DNA of 64,000 nt from Asterias rubens (lineage: Eukaryota), in the NCBI RefSeq assembly GCF_902459465.1, contig NC_047081.1, forward strand, positions 10,974,001 through 11,038,000. Reading direction: 5' to 3'. Positions 32,407 to 44,200 of this stretch are shown piece by piece. Each line of letters starts with the position of its first letter. The stretch's first letter is position 1. Under the pieces are notes generated by a model. That model was not told the DNA's origin. It was given only the letters and a program-made list of their open reading frames with translations, and searched no databases. A program made the translations under genes and the position numbers.

Positions 32407-35400
32407 TTAGAATCCCTGGCTGAAGCCGCCACCACTGGACCCGCCCGAGTAGAACCCACCGCTGCTGCCGCCTCCGTGGCTTCCTGAAATTAATTCAAGA
32501 AAGTTGAAAAAAATGGTTTCAATAATTTATTTGATCCTATCTATTTAATCCTATCTAAATGTAGCTGTAAACAATTAAACTATCATTTAATTTTAATGTT
32601 ACATCCAACATGTCTGACCTGTATCCTGATCTTTTTCCAAGCACAAAATTGTTAAGCAATTTTCAGTGAGTATTTTACCTTGGTATCCTGATCCCTGGTT
32701 CTCGAAGCTGGTGTATCCGCCGCCCGATCGCATCCCACCTCCCTGATTGCCGAAGCCGTTGCCTTGGCTACCAAAGCCTTGACTTCCCACCTGACTACTC
32801 TGACCTCCATAGTTTCCTGCACCACCTGAGGAAAGGTACCAGACCGTGTTATATCGTTAACTAAATAAGTATCTCTGAAATTTCCAAAGGCATTTCTTGG
32901 AAGGCCAGATGACCATTTGTTTCACCAAGACGATATTAAAAAGTCTGAATTAACCCTTTCAAGCACCATTTATGTTAGTGATAAATTGATTGTATGGACA
33001 TATTAGTAATTGTTTATTCATAGCACCATCAAGAGTCCATTTTCCCATTCTGAAAACTGTGTGGTCTTGCAATCATTTTTTCCCTTCATTTTACAACTAT
33101 TTTTCTACAGGGATTTAAACTGACTTGATTTGTAAAGATTGAAATTAATGGAGAAAGTAAAGAGGGCTGGTGAAAAAAACTGTTGACTAGCAACTGGTCA
33201 GTGCATGAAAGAGTTGAGATAAACAAATCCCTGTCGGAATCCAATAAAATTCCCCAAATCAGGAAAACATTTTGACCTGATCGAGTGCTCCACTACAGAA
33301 GGCCAACTCTTCTCCGGATATCACCCTCATTCATACTAAATTGTACTGTTCTAAAATTTATGATACATCTTGCATATAACATCATTAGTCATTAATCACT
33401 AACGTCCGTCGATGTTGGTTTTTTCCCATTATCGATATATCGAAAATTTAATATCGAGTATACTCGATATATCGACTATTTCCCGCGCGCAAGATGGAAG
33501 CCTAAAAACAGCACTTGGTATACTCATGGAGGTAGAAATATTCATACCATAGACTGACAGTTTAATAGGGTTACATTTCAACTTGTTTATGTCTGATCCC
33601 CCGAACTTTGTTTGTAGTCCAAACAATTTCAGATTGCGTAGTCCCGCCCCGATTATTTCTGGTTTTACAACAAAGTATGATCGCCGCTACCGCTGGCTTG
33701 GCCAATTGGTGAACGCTCACCACAATTCTCGATTCGTGATTGGCCATGATTGGCCGTCTCAAAATGACACAGAGCCTTTGTGAGTTGCGTGACTCGCCGA
33801 CATTAAGGTGTCAGTTGCCGATGCATTGACGTAGAAGTGTCAATCAAGTTGTCCGACGGGCGCGCGGACTACCTTTACGGTTGAAAATGGTTGAGATAAT
33901 CATCGAAAAAAAATCACTAGAAAGTCCCGCAAAACACAGACCTACCACTCAGCGATCACAATATACAACGCACGCAGCATGCAGTCACATAGTCTCCAAT
34001 AAAGGCTCGTAGTCTTTTTACTTTGCATTCTTTAACCAAGGCAAGAAACATTGAATGCTAGAACGCCCTCTATTGTCGAAATAACGCAGTGCATCACCCG
34101 ATACCGCCTTGACCAAAGACTGCATGTGTCTGCGCATGCTTGGACAAACGGGTTTCCCCCCGAATTGCAATAACCATACACGCTGGTGTGCACGCTTAAA
34201 CCGTACAACAGCATAGTCTTCGCTGGTACGCACGCAATAGCCGACAGCGTGGTCTAATTGCGAAGCATATAGTTCCTCGGAAATGTTAGCTTGTTTACTG
34301 AAAACAACACAACGTTTAGGCCTTATTTGACCAAAATGACGCCATTACGATAGAAAGATTATTGTAAGAGGGGAAGTTTTTGCGTGGTATTTTTGCAAAG
34401 TCAATAATGCTGTGATGAAGACGCATTGATTTTGATCACATGCACAATGGAAAGTTGCATCTTAAACAGCCGACAGGCTAGGGCAGCAGCGGCGGTTTCT
34501 TTTGAGGTTTTACCGTGCGCTCGCCGCGGGGTCGTGAACTTCTGCGGCGGGCCGGCGGCTGATGGCGAAAACACAAAGAACATGCAGACATACTTGCTTG
34601 TAAAACGTATTTTATTTAATAGGGCAACTCAAAATGATGAAACTAAATAACGACGACGGCTTTTCTAATACTCAAACACAGATTTCTTTTAAATTATCGG
34701 ACACTCTTTTGGTATTTTCGATATCATTTAGGAACATCGAAATTTTCAAAACATCGAAATTTTTCGATATGTATCGAAAATCCGATATTACGATATGATT
34801 ATAAAAGTGACATCGGCGATTTCGATGTCAAAAAAATATCGAGTTTTTGAGTATTTTCGATATATCGACGGACGTTATTAATCACCGACAGTTGAAAAGA
34901 AATCTTACCCCCCATGCCTCCCATACTTGGGACGTCTCCGTATCCGCCCCCATCCCCATTGTCGCCATCCTCCTCGGAGTTCAAGAAAAGCTCGATGTAG
35001 CGATGGATCATATGCTCCTTGTCCTTGCCCATGGCGGCCGTTGCATCCCGGTGACTTGTGAAGTCCACGTCGGCCTCGCCGGACGGCTGACCTTTGTTGT
35101 TGAACTTGATGACGACCCGACATGGGACAGCCTTCTTTTCAAACCACTGCCAATTTCAATTCAATATCAAAATTTATTTGTACATTATTGGTGAGAAAAA
35201 GGAGAACAATAAGCGAATATAGAACAATTTTGTTTTACTTTTTATGCTTGAATTCCCTATTCCACTGAGCTTTTGCCAAGGCATGCCTTGAATTTCATCT
35301 TTGAAAGGGCAAGACATTTTCATTGCAAAGGGCACTTCTTCCATTGGAAAATCTGTAAGTCTATGTGAAACTTCTGAAGGGGAACTAAAGCCAAGACCAG

Positions 35401-38400
35401 GAGCAGCAGAGGCCATGGCCTCTACATAACTACAAGCCTGCTATAATCAGGCATGATTTTTGGTCCTTCACAAAAAAGTAGCAACATTTTATCAAGTATA
35501 AGGGCTGACCTACATGTTCCCACCCAATAGGCTTCTAAAGACTTTTCATCAGGCTGGTTAATCCCAATTTTTCTGATTTTATCCAAGGGCACAACAATTT
35601 GAAAAAGAATGTCATGCCTGCTATAGTAATGGTATCATAGGCGATAAAACGATAAAGAAAAGTTGCATCGTCCCTGTTGGATTCACTTACCTCCATGATG
35701 TGTTCCTCGGTAGCGCTGTACGGCAGACCTCTCATATGCACAGAGTGCCCTGTGCTGCTGACGAATCCTGGGGACATGCTGTCACCCCCGGGACCCCCGA
35801 AGCCACCTCCGTAACTCCCGCCACCCCCACTGCTGCTGCTTCCACCAAATCCACTGCCACTGCTTCTCATTCCATATCCACCTGTTCGGATTGTAATCAA
35901 TTATATTTATTATGAATGGAAATTCCACAGGTTCGTTGCACAGAAATTACAAAATAGTAAGATAATAATAATAAGATATTTTTATATTAGGTTCCTAAGC
36001 GTTATGGTGATGATGTCCCATAGACTATTTAGTAAAACCAGGGCAACAGCGCCAAAATACAAAGATACAAGTTTACAAAAATAGGCCATGTCATACAATG
36101 CAATAAAATGAGAGAATAAGCCTCTCGTTGGTTGAATATATTATAACACATTATTTATAACATACTCAAAACTCTTCTTAATGAATTTATTTGTTTATTA
36201 TTAATGGAAATTTGACAGTGGTGTGTGGTTGCACATAGTTACAAAAACTAAAACTATAACTGGCCATTGAAAGCTAGTTGGCCCCGTCATACAATACTAA
36301 GAACGAAAGAATAAGCCCCTGCACAACAACCTACAAAACCACTACAGATGGCAAACTTTTCACTTGGCAATATGATTGAAATCTACAACAAAACTTAAAA
36401 CGCCTGAACAAAATCACAGACCCAATGTGCACTGATTATCGATACACTGTTCATACAAATATAATCGAAAAGCACAAAATCAAAGAACGCACAATTTGTT
36501 ATACAATCAAATTACACTTAGAAACAATAAAGGTAATATACAAGGCAAGTATAAATAATTAAGTTCATCATATAAAAGCAATTAATGGATAAGGGCTACA
36601 CATTGCATGATGAAATAGGATGAAGGTTGGGTAAAGGAACAAAAATAAAAATCCACAAATAAAACATCATTTTACTAAAGCATGTCATTACTAAACCACA
36701 TCAATTTCAACAACCCAACTAAAAAACTCCCCCATTCACTACTCCGCCCGTTCCTACTACACTCACCTCCTCCACTGCCTCGTCCTCTTGACTGCATCAT
36801 CCCGCCCCTCATGCCTCGTCCCCGTCTGTTCATCATCCCCCCTCCCATACCTCCCATGCCTCCAAAGCCTCCGTAGCTATCCATCCCATACATGTTGTCT
36901 TCGTAACCTCCACCTCCGTAGCCGCCTGTCAAACCCATAAAAAAAACAGTCTTGAGATACCTCAGACATAATAGACCCCTTGCGTTGGAGGTCATTGTTG
37001 ACTAAACATGCAAGTGTGAAAGGCAGTCATTGGCTGATAGACGTGCGCAGTGCTTACAGGCATTTCCATTGTTTATCAACAAAGATGGCAGCCAATGACG
37101 TCATGGGCAAAACATGAGGTCGTTGGGGCAATCCATGTGGTCGTTGAGGCAAAGCTTCAACTTTCTAAAGACGGTTTATATTTTCCCTTTGGACAGGACA
37201 GTTGAGGCCAGCTAAGTTCTTACTATTCTCAAGTCAGTGTTTTTTAAAAATTTTTTTACAAAAATTCAAAATAAGATCCTATCCCAAAGAAAGTCATTGG
37301 GTCGATTTCACAAAGATAGTCCTTACTTAGGACTAGTGTTAGGAGTTATTAAAAGCTTAAGATTAGTCCTTGGATAAGACTAGTCTCAACTCTTTGTGAA
37401 ATCACCCGACCTATCAACCCTCTGAGTTTATTAGCACTTCATCCTGCTATATACAGATTTCTTGCTCTCACAAGATAAAATTGAACGTCTTTCAGACAAT
37501 ACCTACCATCGAATCTGTAGCGACGTTCAAAGCCAGAGCTCCCAAGTCCCCTTCCGCCCCTCATGTTGCCCATTCCTCCTCCTCCTCCTCCTCCTCCGAA
37601 GCGATCGTATGGACCAGGTCTAGGGAAGGATCGCTTGGCAGCATTTGACGCACGTCGTACCTCCTCCACGTTACTGCGGAAGATCTCTACATATCTAGGA
37701 AAACAAAGCGGTAACGTCAAAGTTAGCGACAGAGTAACCCTTGAAGCATCTCTGATTAGAGACGCTCACTATCGCAGTTTAAAAACAAAAGAGCCAGAAT
37801 CGTGGACAATTATTCTACACTAGTCAAAAAATGTGTTTCTTTCAATGGCAATAATGTCCTTGGTCATTTCATGTAGAAAGTGCTTTCCAGTGCAAATGAT
37901 TATTTCAGTCCTTTCAAAACCCTTCCATTCAAGTTTGATTTCATAAAAACTAACAAACTTTTAAACTGCCATTCGTTAAAAGATATGGATGGTTTTTGTT
38001 TTTACAAACATGTGAACAAAAAAACAACAAAGTAACTGCTTGCGATTGTTTACAAACTTCAACAAACAAGCAGGCAGCCACCATAAAGTGACACCAATCT
38101 CATTAACCCTGAAGAGGCAAGCTACAATTAAAGTAGACCCAAAAAGGCCAAACACCTTGAACAATGGTAATGTAATTATTACTTCTTTTTGTTTGATACA
38201 GAATTCAGGACTACCGAAAAAGACAGAACAAACTTTGCAACCTTTCAAAGCTTTTTAAAACACAACAAACTGTTTGGAAAAATTGTAATGAGGCCAGAAT
38301 AAAACAGCAAATGTTTGTGGTTCAATGAAAATTATGTGGGTTTTTTAAGTGCTAGTATTGTTGATATTAAAACAGTAAATAAACATTAAGAAATGTTAAC

Positions 38401-41400
38401 ACAAACTTGTTATCTTTCAATGATCCTTTATATTGTATACCTTAAGAAAAATAACTAAAACATTTAAAAACACAAAAATACTCATGCAGCAGGCCTGGAA
38501 TTTCATCTTTTTGAGGGCAAGGCCATTTTTATTTTGCAAGGGCACTGCCGTAAGAAAATCTTAAAAGACTACGGGACACAAAGGCCAACACAAGGGCAAC
38601 AGATGCCACAGCCACTACGTATTCCAGGCCTTATGCAGTGTAGAAAGTGGAAGTTGACCAAAGGAAAACCAGTTAACAGATAGGGGAGGCCTTTAAACAA
38701 AGGACAATGGCATTGACAAGGAAAAGGACACTGACAAGGACATTGACAAACATATGACATCGCCACAGGTAAAAGAAAGGGACAAAAACCCCTTTTTGAA
38801 AAAGGACAAACATTGACACAGGATGACCACTGTGACACACAATGACAAAGAGTGACTGAAACGTGATAGCATGGACATGACAAAACAATGACACAAATGA
38901 CAACAAATGAATTGTAACCACAGAAATAACTGCCCTTTGTAGTCATCACATCATTTCAAGGTTTGTAGTTTTTCCCCACAAAGATGTTGATTGTTTTTTT
39001 TTTTGCTAAAACCAACACACATCATTTCGCTCTAAAAAATCGGAACGAACAAAAACATTCCTTTACAAAAACGTACAGACCTATTTTTCTCAAAGTCATC
39101 GGATGTTTTGCCCAGGTAGAGTATTGAACCCAATAGCAATTCATGCCATTTAAAGTGAGGTTAGAGTTTTGGAGTGTTTCCCAGAAGCATTAGGACTCTA
39201 TCTACTGGAGAAGGAGTACATCACAAAATTGAATTTGACATTTCCCTTCCTGTTTTTAAGATGCATTCAACCTTCATGCGGACACCAATCCGTCACACTT
39301 GAAAGTTTTTAGCTGATTTCAGCATACGCAAACACTTCACCAAGAAGTGATATACATCACTACGGCAACCAATAAAACCAAGTGTTAACGGATAAAAAAG
39401 CTTTAAAGGGAAATAATATGACTTGGGATAGCCTACTATTTAATTTTTTATAAAGAAAATAAATTCAACAAATTTGAAGTGAAAATAGTAACTTTTAAGG
39501 GAATTAAAAACAGCCTAAGATTATCTTTAAGCACACAAAATAATGAGAAAACAAGGGTAACGGTAGCTACCCCACCGCCCTTCCAAGCCCCACCTGTGAC
39601 CCAATTTTTGCATGTGCTTTCCCAAAGCCTGCTCTGCCAGATCCTTGGTTGCAAATTGCACAAAGGCATCCCCGGTGCACTTCCCCTCGTGGTCTTTTGG
39701 CAGGGTTACACCGTTCGCCACTATCTCCAACCCTGTCGTTTGTCAACGCCACCCCAGTACGTTGCCCGATTACCACCCGGTCAGGAACCACACCCGTTGA
39801 TAAACCCGGTCGGTTTAAGTTGATACCCAAATTGAGGGGGGACACACCATACCCGCCAGATCCACCCCGACGATTAAGAACCCAAAAGGGAAGGAGACAA
39901 AAAAAGGATAGGAGGCACAAATCAATAATGATCATAATCTGTTGGGAAAATGGCGTTAACATCAAGCACACAGGTAGTTCATATTTTTGTAAAGCAACTT
40001 ACATAACAACAAAGTTCTATCATCCCCATTATGAAGTCAAATATGCGACACACTTGGGTTTTTTTTTACAAGTAAAAACCACCAAACCAAGAATATTGGT
40101 GATGTTTTGCTCTATACTCGTCGGCCAAACTGAGATCTGTTTTTAGATCAACATACTTTTGTCCGTCGAAGAAAAGCAAGCTGTTTTTTTCTGCCCAAAC
40201 AGTTTTGAATATCTGCCTGGTGACTAGTACATGCTGGATTCTAGAATTCCATACGTTATAGCCTCGGCTGCTTTTCTGCTTTAGAAATTTACCAAATCTT
40301 GGGGCACTATGCCCGGGATCTGAGGGAAAAATGCTTGAATGTTCACACATTGCTCATCAGACACGCAACTTGTAATTGCCCCCAAAAACAGGAAACTGCC
40401 TTGGAAAATTCTCAAAATGTCCCTTCAAAATCACTTACAATGTTCAGGACCCATGGGGACCCTCAACAATGTTTTGCTTGCAACGACAACAACCAATACA
40501 ATTGTTTATTCTATATTAAAAATATTTTTTAGAACTGATCAAAATTGGGCAAAAATTCACAGTAAATGTAGCATTTCAGATTCAAATAGGAATGTACAAT
40601 TAAATACACAAAAAGTTCATTTCAATTTAATTTGTCATACATTGTATTTCATGAAGAAAAACACATATTCTGTCAAGACATAAGTTGAAATAGATAGGTA
40701 CAGAATAACGGTAATGCGATTATAGAAATTTAATTTTAATGGAGGAGCGACCGAGGTTTTACCCGTGAGGAGAGCACTTCCATCAGAAAATCATGTCTTG
40801 GGCATCCAAGGAAAGGGGGAACAATGCAACCGGCTCAAATAAAATTCAAGTCCAGTCGTAGAATTTGAGAATGTTTTTCAGAATTTTAATATGAAATGTA
40901 TTTTTCAGTATTCCAACAAAAGGTTTGAAATGGAACTCTTGTTTTTTTTCTCAATAAAAAATTCAAATGCCTATAATTAGTTTCAAAATCTACACCTTGA
41001 TATCTCTAAGGTAGGGTCATAGATTTGTCAACGTAGTGTTGATTCAAAGGCAAAACTTAAAAGGAAGGCAGCATCTCTTGCCACTGCTGTGCTTCTCACC
41101 AGTAAGTTTTTACGGATCTTAATTTTGTTTTGAGTGTTAACTAATCTAGATTCTACTTCTAGATGAGAAGTTCTTGGGGGGGGGGGGGGGGGGTTCAGTC
41201 ACAGAGGACTGTTTCTGTAATCAATCTGCCATGGCAATGAGACGTACCTTGGAAGAACTGCATAATTTCTTCTTTGGAGCATTCATAGGGTATGCCACGC
41301 ATCCTTATGCATCCTTCGTTGTCCTTAAAGGATGCTGCGCCGCTACGCCTGGTTACCCACTCCATTTCACCAATCTTAGATCGGAACACTGTATTAAGAG

Positions 41401-42550
41401 GGAGGGAGAAGGGAATAAATTGTTATAAATTACTGCCTGGGTCACTGCACGTAAGGCCTAAATGTCAGCATAAGGGGGTGTAAAGGCATGTATTGAAAAC
41501 TCCCGTTTTGAATGTAGAAACCCAGCGTCGTAACAGTGACTGTGTCTTTTTATCTTTGTGCCTGTAAGCCCATGGCAACACTTTTAGCAACAGCCACAGA
41601 ATAAGGTTACAAGGTTAACTAACAATTCACATGTACAATCTGTCACTAGTATATTGCTTATTTTTGCTTAGCAAAAACTTGCAGGCAACTTGTCTGCCGA
41701 AGCATCTCTATGAAACTGGGCCTAGGTCTTCGGAATGCTTACCTTCAACGTAGCGTTGTCCCATGTCCTTCTTGTGTTTGGTCATTGCATTCTCCATGTC
41801 CTCTTCCGTCTCAAACTCTATGAAGCATTCCCCGCTGGGACGGCCGGCTGGTGTGAATGTGAAGTGAATCCCATCTTTGCCATTCAAGATGTTGCTTTCT
41901 GCCGAGTTCAAGAATATTAAATGTTTGCCAGCATTGTCTGCAATAGAATCTTGTTTTACATTCCACCATCTTTAAAGGATTTGGGTACTTTTTGTAACAC
42001 AAAACTAGCACCTCAGCACGTAATATTTTAAGGGAAGCTTTCTTAGTCATTATCTTCAAACTGCGCAAGTTTAATGTAAATCTGTGGACATTGTTTTTTG
42101 TGTTAGAAAAAAGTACCCAGACCCTTTAAAAGCTAATGATTTTTATTTTCATTCAAAGGTTTGCATATGTATGTATCAATTTAACAAATCTGGGAAGTTT
42201 TGTGTTTATAAGTTCGAAGAAAATTAAGCAAAGATGGCAGCTTGGACTTTGCTGTGTCTACCATGTACGAATAATAATAATAATAATAAGACTTGTAATG
42301 CGCACATATCCACCCTGCTGGGTGTTCAAGGCGCAGTATGCTTCGTTTTTGAATTGGCAAGGGCACCCAGGCATTTCTCCATGGTAAAGAGCACCCTACG
42401 AGGAATATGTGCTAAAGGGTACCAAGGGGCTGGGACAAAGGCATTACCTCCGAAAAATGTTGAGATGTCCTCTTCTGTGCTGGACCAGGGAAGTCCTCTC
42501 GCTCTGACGACAAAGCCATCTTCTTCCTCTGTTCCTGGTGCGGCACTCAT
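32407..42550 (-). CDS. HNRNPH1: Heterogeneous nuclear ribonucleoprotein H/F family (three qRRMs plus Gly/Tyr/Arg-rich regions), 10 coding exons, 512 aa
   Basis: Exons 42550-42448, 41898-41743, 41388-41248, 39732-39594, 37694-37507, 36925-36767, 35881-35691, 35146-34909, 32825-32679 and 32483-32407 total 1539 nt. qRRM signatures: [80 protein letters not shown]; linker RPGPYDR. A UTR acceptor lies at 42577. Likely co-ortholog of vertebrate HNRNPF/H1/H2/H3. Confidence 0.95.
33400..34877. mobile_element. Non-autonomous hAT-like DNA transposon, 1478 bp
   Basis: Perfect 8-bp TSD TTAATCAC (33392-33399 and 34878-34885), perfect 14-bp TIR TAACGTCCGTCGAT, and many subterminal CGATAT/ATCG motifs at both ends. 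No transposase ORF. Confidence 0.88.
42270..42336 (-). mobile_element. LINE (L2-type) 3' tail fragment with (ATT)n
   Basis: 49 nt are identical to the reverse complement of 60109-60157, followed by an (ATT)n tail. Confidence 0.75.
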
Positions 42551-43370
42551 GATGTCTGTTGATATGATTTGATTGGTCTGTGGATATCAAGATAGAAAAT
42601 TGAGACATGTGGAAACAATAGCATGGATGAAGTCAGCTAATCCAACTAGGTAGGAGCGAATGCAGGATTCTGTATTTAGCTTTTCCTTTTTATAGATCGT
42701 TCAATCATTTTTTGAAAAAGGAATATTCCATTCATGACTCAGGTAAATAAGATACTATTTTATTTGGATTCTATAATTTCATAATGAATGATTGAAAGAG
42801 TGGTGACAGGATACTTTTCTGCCAAACTGCCCGTAGCCGTAGGGAGTTAGGACTCAAGAGCCTTCAACTTTTTTATTTGGTAAGCTGAAAACACAGGTTC
42901 TAAGCGGGTCCTGATTGGGGCTAAATCGGGAAAATTGCGGTTTAAACCAACTAAAATGTGTCCACTTTAGTCCCTACAATACAATCATGTAAGTATCTCC
43001 ACCTCTCCTTGGAATTGCCTTTGGATATTTATAAAAAATAACAGGCCTACATTCCTAATTTGTAAGTTAAAAATATTCAATTGACGTTTTATCGTTTACT
43101 AAAAACTAAGCAGAGCGCAACCATTTTGGAATGATCCCTAAATCAAGTACGTTATCAATATCATGCCAAGCAAATCATTTGTGTCACTGTTATATTCCTT
43201 TTTGTAAAAATGAGAGAAATACAAAAGGTGGTGGCAGGATACGGAAAGTTTTCCAAACCTTTAATTGGAAAAGTTACAGTATGGCACCACCACTTTTTTT
43301 AAATAGTATCTAATTTACTTGAAACAATGAGAATGGGATTGAGATACCTACCTTTATCTAAGGCTTTTTG

Positions 43371-43501
43371 GGAAAAGTTTCCGTATGGCGCCACCACTAT
43401 TTCATTGATATGAAATAATATAGTATCTAATTTACCTCAATGAGATATCCCTTTTTGTAAAAATGAGTGAAAAAGTGGTGGCGCCATACGGAAAGTTATC
43501 C
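43371..43501. mobile_element. Family F MITE with perfect 8-bp TSD, inside a cluster of degenerate copies (43190-43590)
   Basis: GCTTTTTG|ggaaaagtttccgtatggcg ... cgccatacggaaagttatcc|GCTTTTTG. Confidence 0.9.
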
Positions 43502-43699
43502 GCTTTTTGTAAAAAAGAATGAGTGAAAAAGTGGTGGCACCACACACACAAAAATGACACATGCCATAAAAAATAAGGAAAGTTATCCCTTTAATTTTAA
43601 ACAGGGGGGAAACACAAGAATTACTCGATCAATGCAGGCAGCCAAAATTTAAATAACGAAGTCAAAATGAACGATATAAAACAATAAGAAAGCCAACAG

Positions 43700-44200
43700 C
43701 ACAAGTTGTGTTGTGCCACAACATGCGAGTGCCCCGCTGTCCGGAAACTGGACCCACATCATTCGTGCGTACAAAGAAATCGCCTTTCACACTCGGTGCT
43801 CGGCAAGCGTCCACAACGGGGTGATTTTGTCAACCAATTTTCACTTCAATATACACCCTTCCCGCCCTTAAAACCATGCATGTATAGACAAAAATTCATA
43901 TTATCATTAATATTATATTAAACTTTGGTTTATTTCGATACAAACGTAAAATTTACCAAAAATAACGTACACACCTATTTCCCCTCCCGGCTTCTTTCTT
44001 TTCAATTTCAGCGTGGCTTTTTATTTTCGCAATGCGTTAAAAACCTCTATAGTGCGCATGCGCATATACCTCGACTCGTATGATCGGTAGTTTCCGGATT
44101 CTTTCGGGAAGAAATTGGCGCCAAGATGGTGCGCTACACTTTGAAGCGCATGAACTTTCCCCATGGCAACAAGAAACTTAATGCTCATTTCGGACAACTT
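43700..44200 (-). promoter_or_regulatory. Probable promoter and non-coding first exon of the hnRNP H/F gene
   Basis: CpG-rich region with NRF1-like TGCGCATGCGCA (44053-44064) and ETS-like CCGGA motifs. There is a possible minus-strand donor near 43974. The exact TSS is unknown. Confidence 0.5.

Noticed and set aside
38569-38949. Cys-rich ORFs ([16 protein letters not shown]) resembling metallothionein, open in three frames
   Set aside because: They are a by-product of the T/C/G-rich UGUC cluster, which rarely makes stop codons. The starts are non-ATG or weak and I found no supporting exon structure.
38820-38950. Possible intronic C/D snoRNA (GTGATGA C-box on the minus strand near 38943-38949)
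   Set aside because: There is no CTGA D box or terminal stem at a suitable distance.
39479-40146. Overlapping ORFs of 114-165 aa
   Set aside because: They are antisense or alternative frames across hnRNP exon 4 and its G-run intron, with no protein signature.
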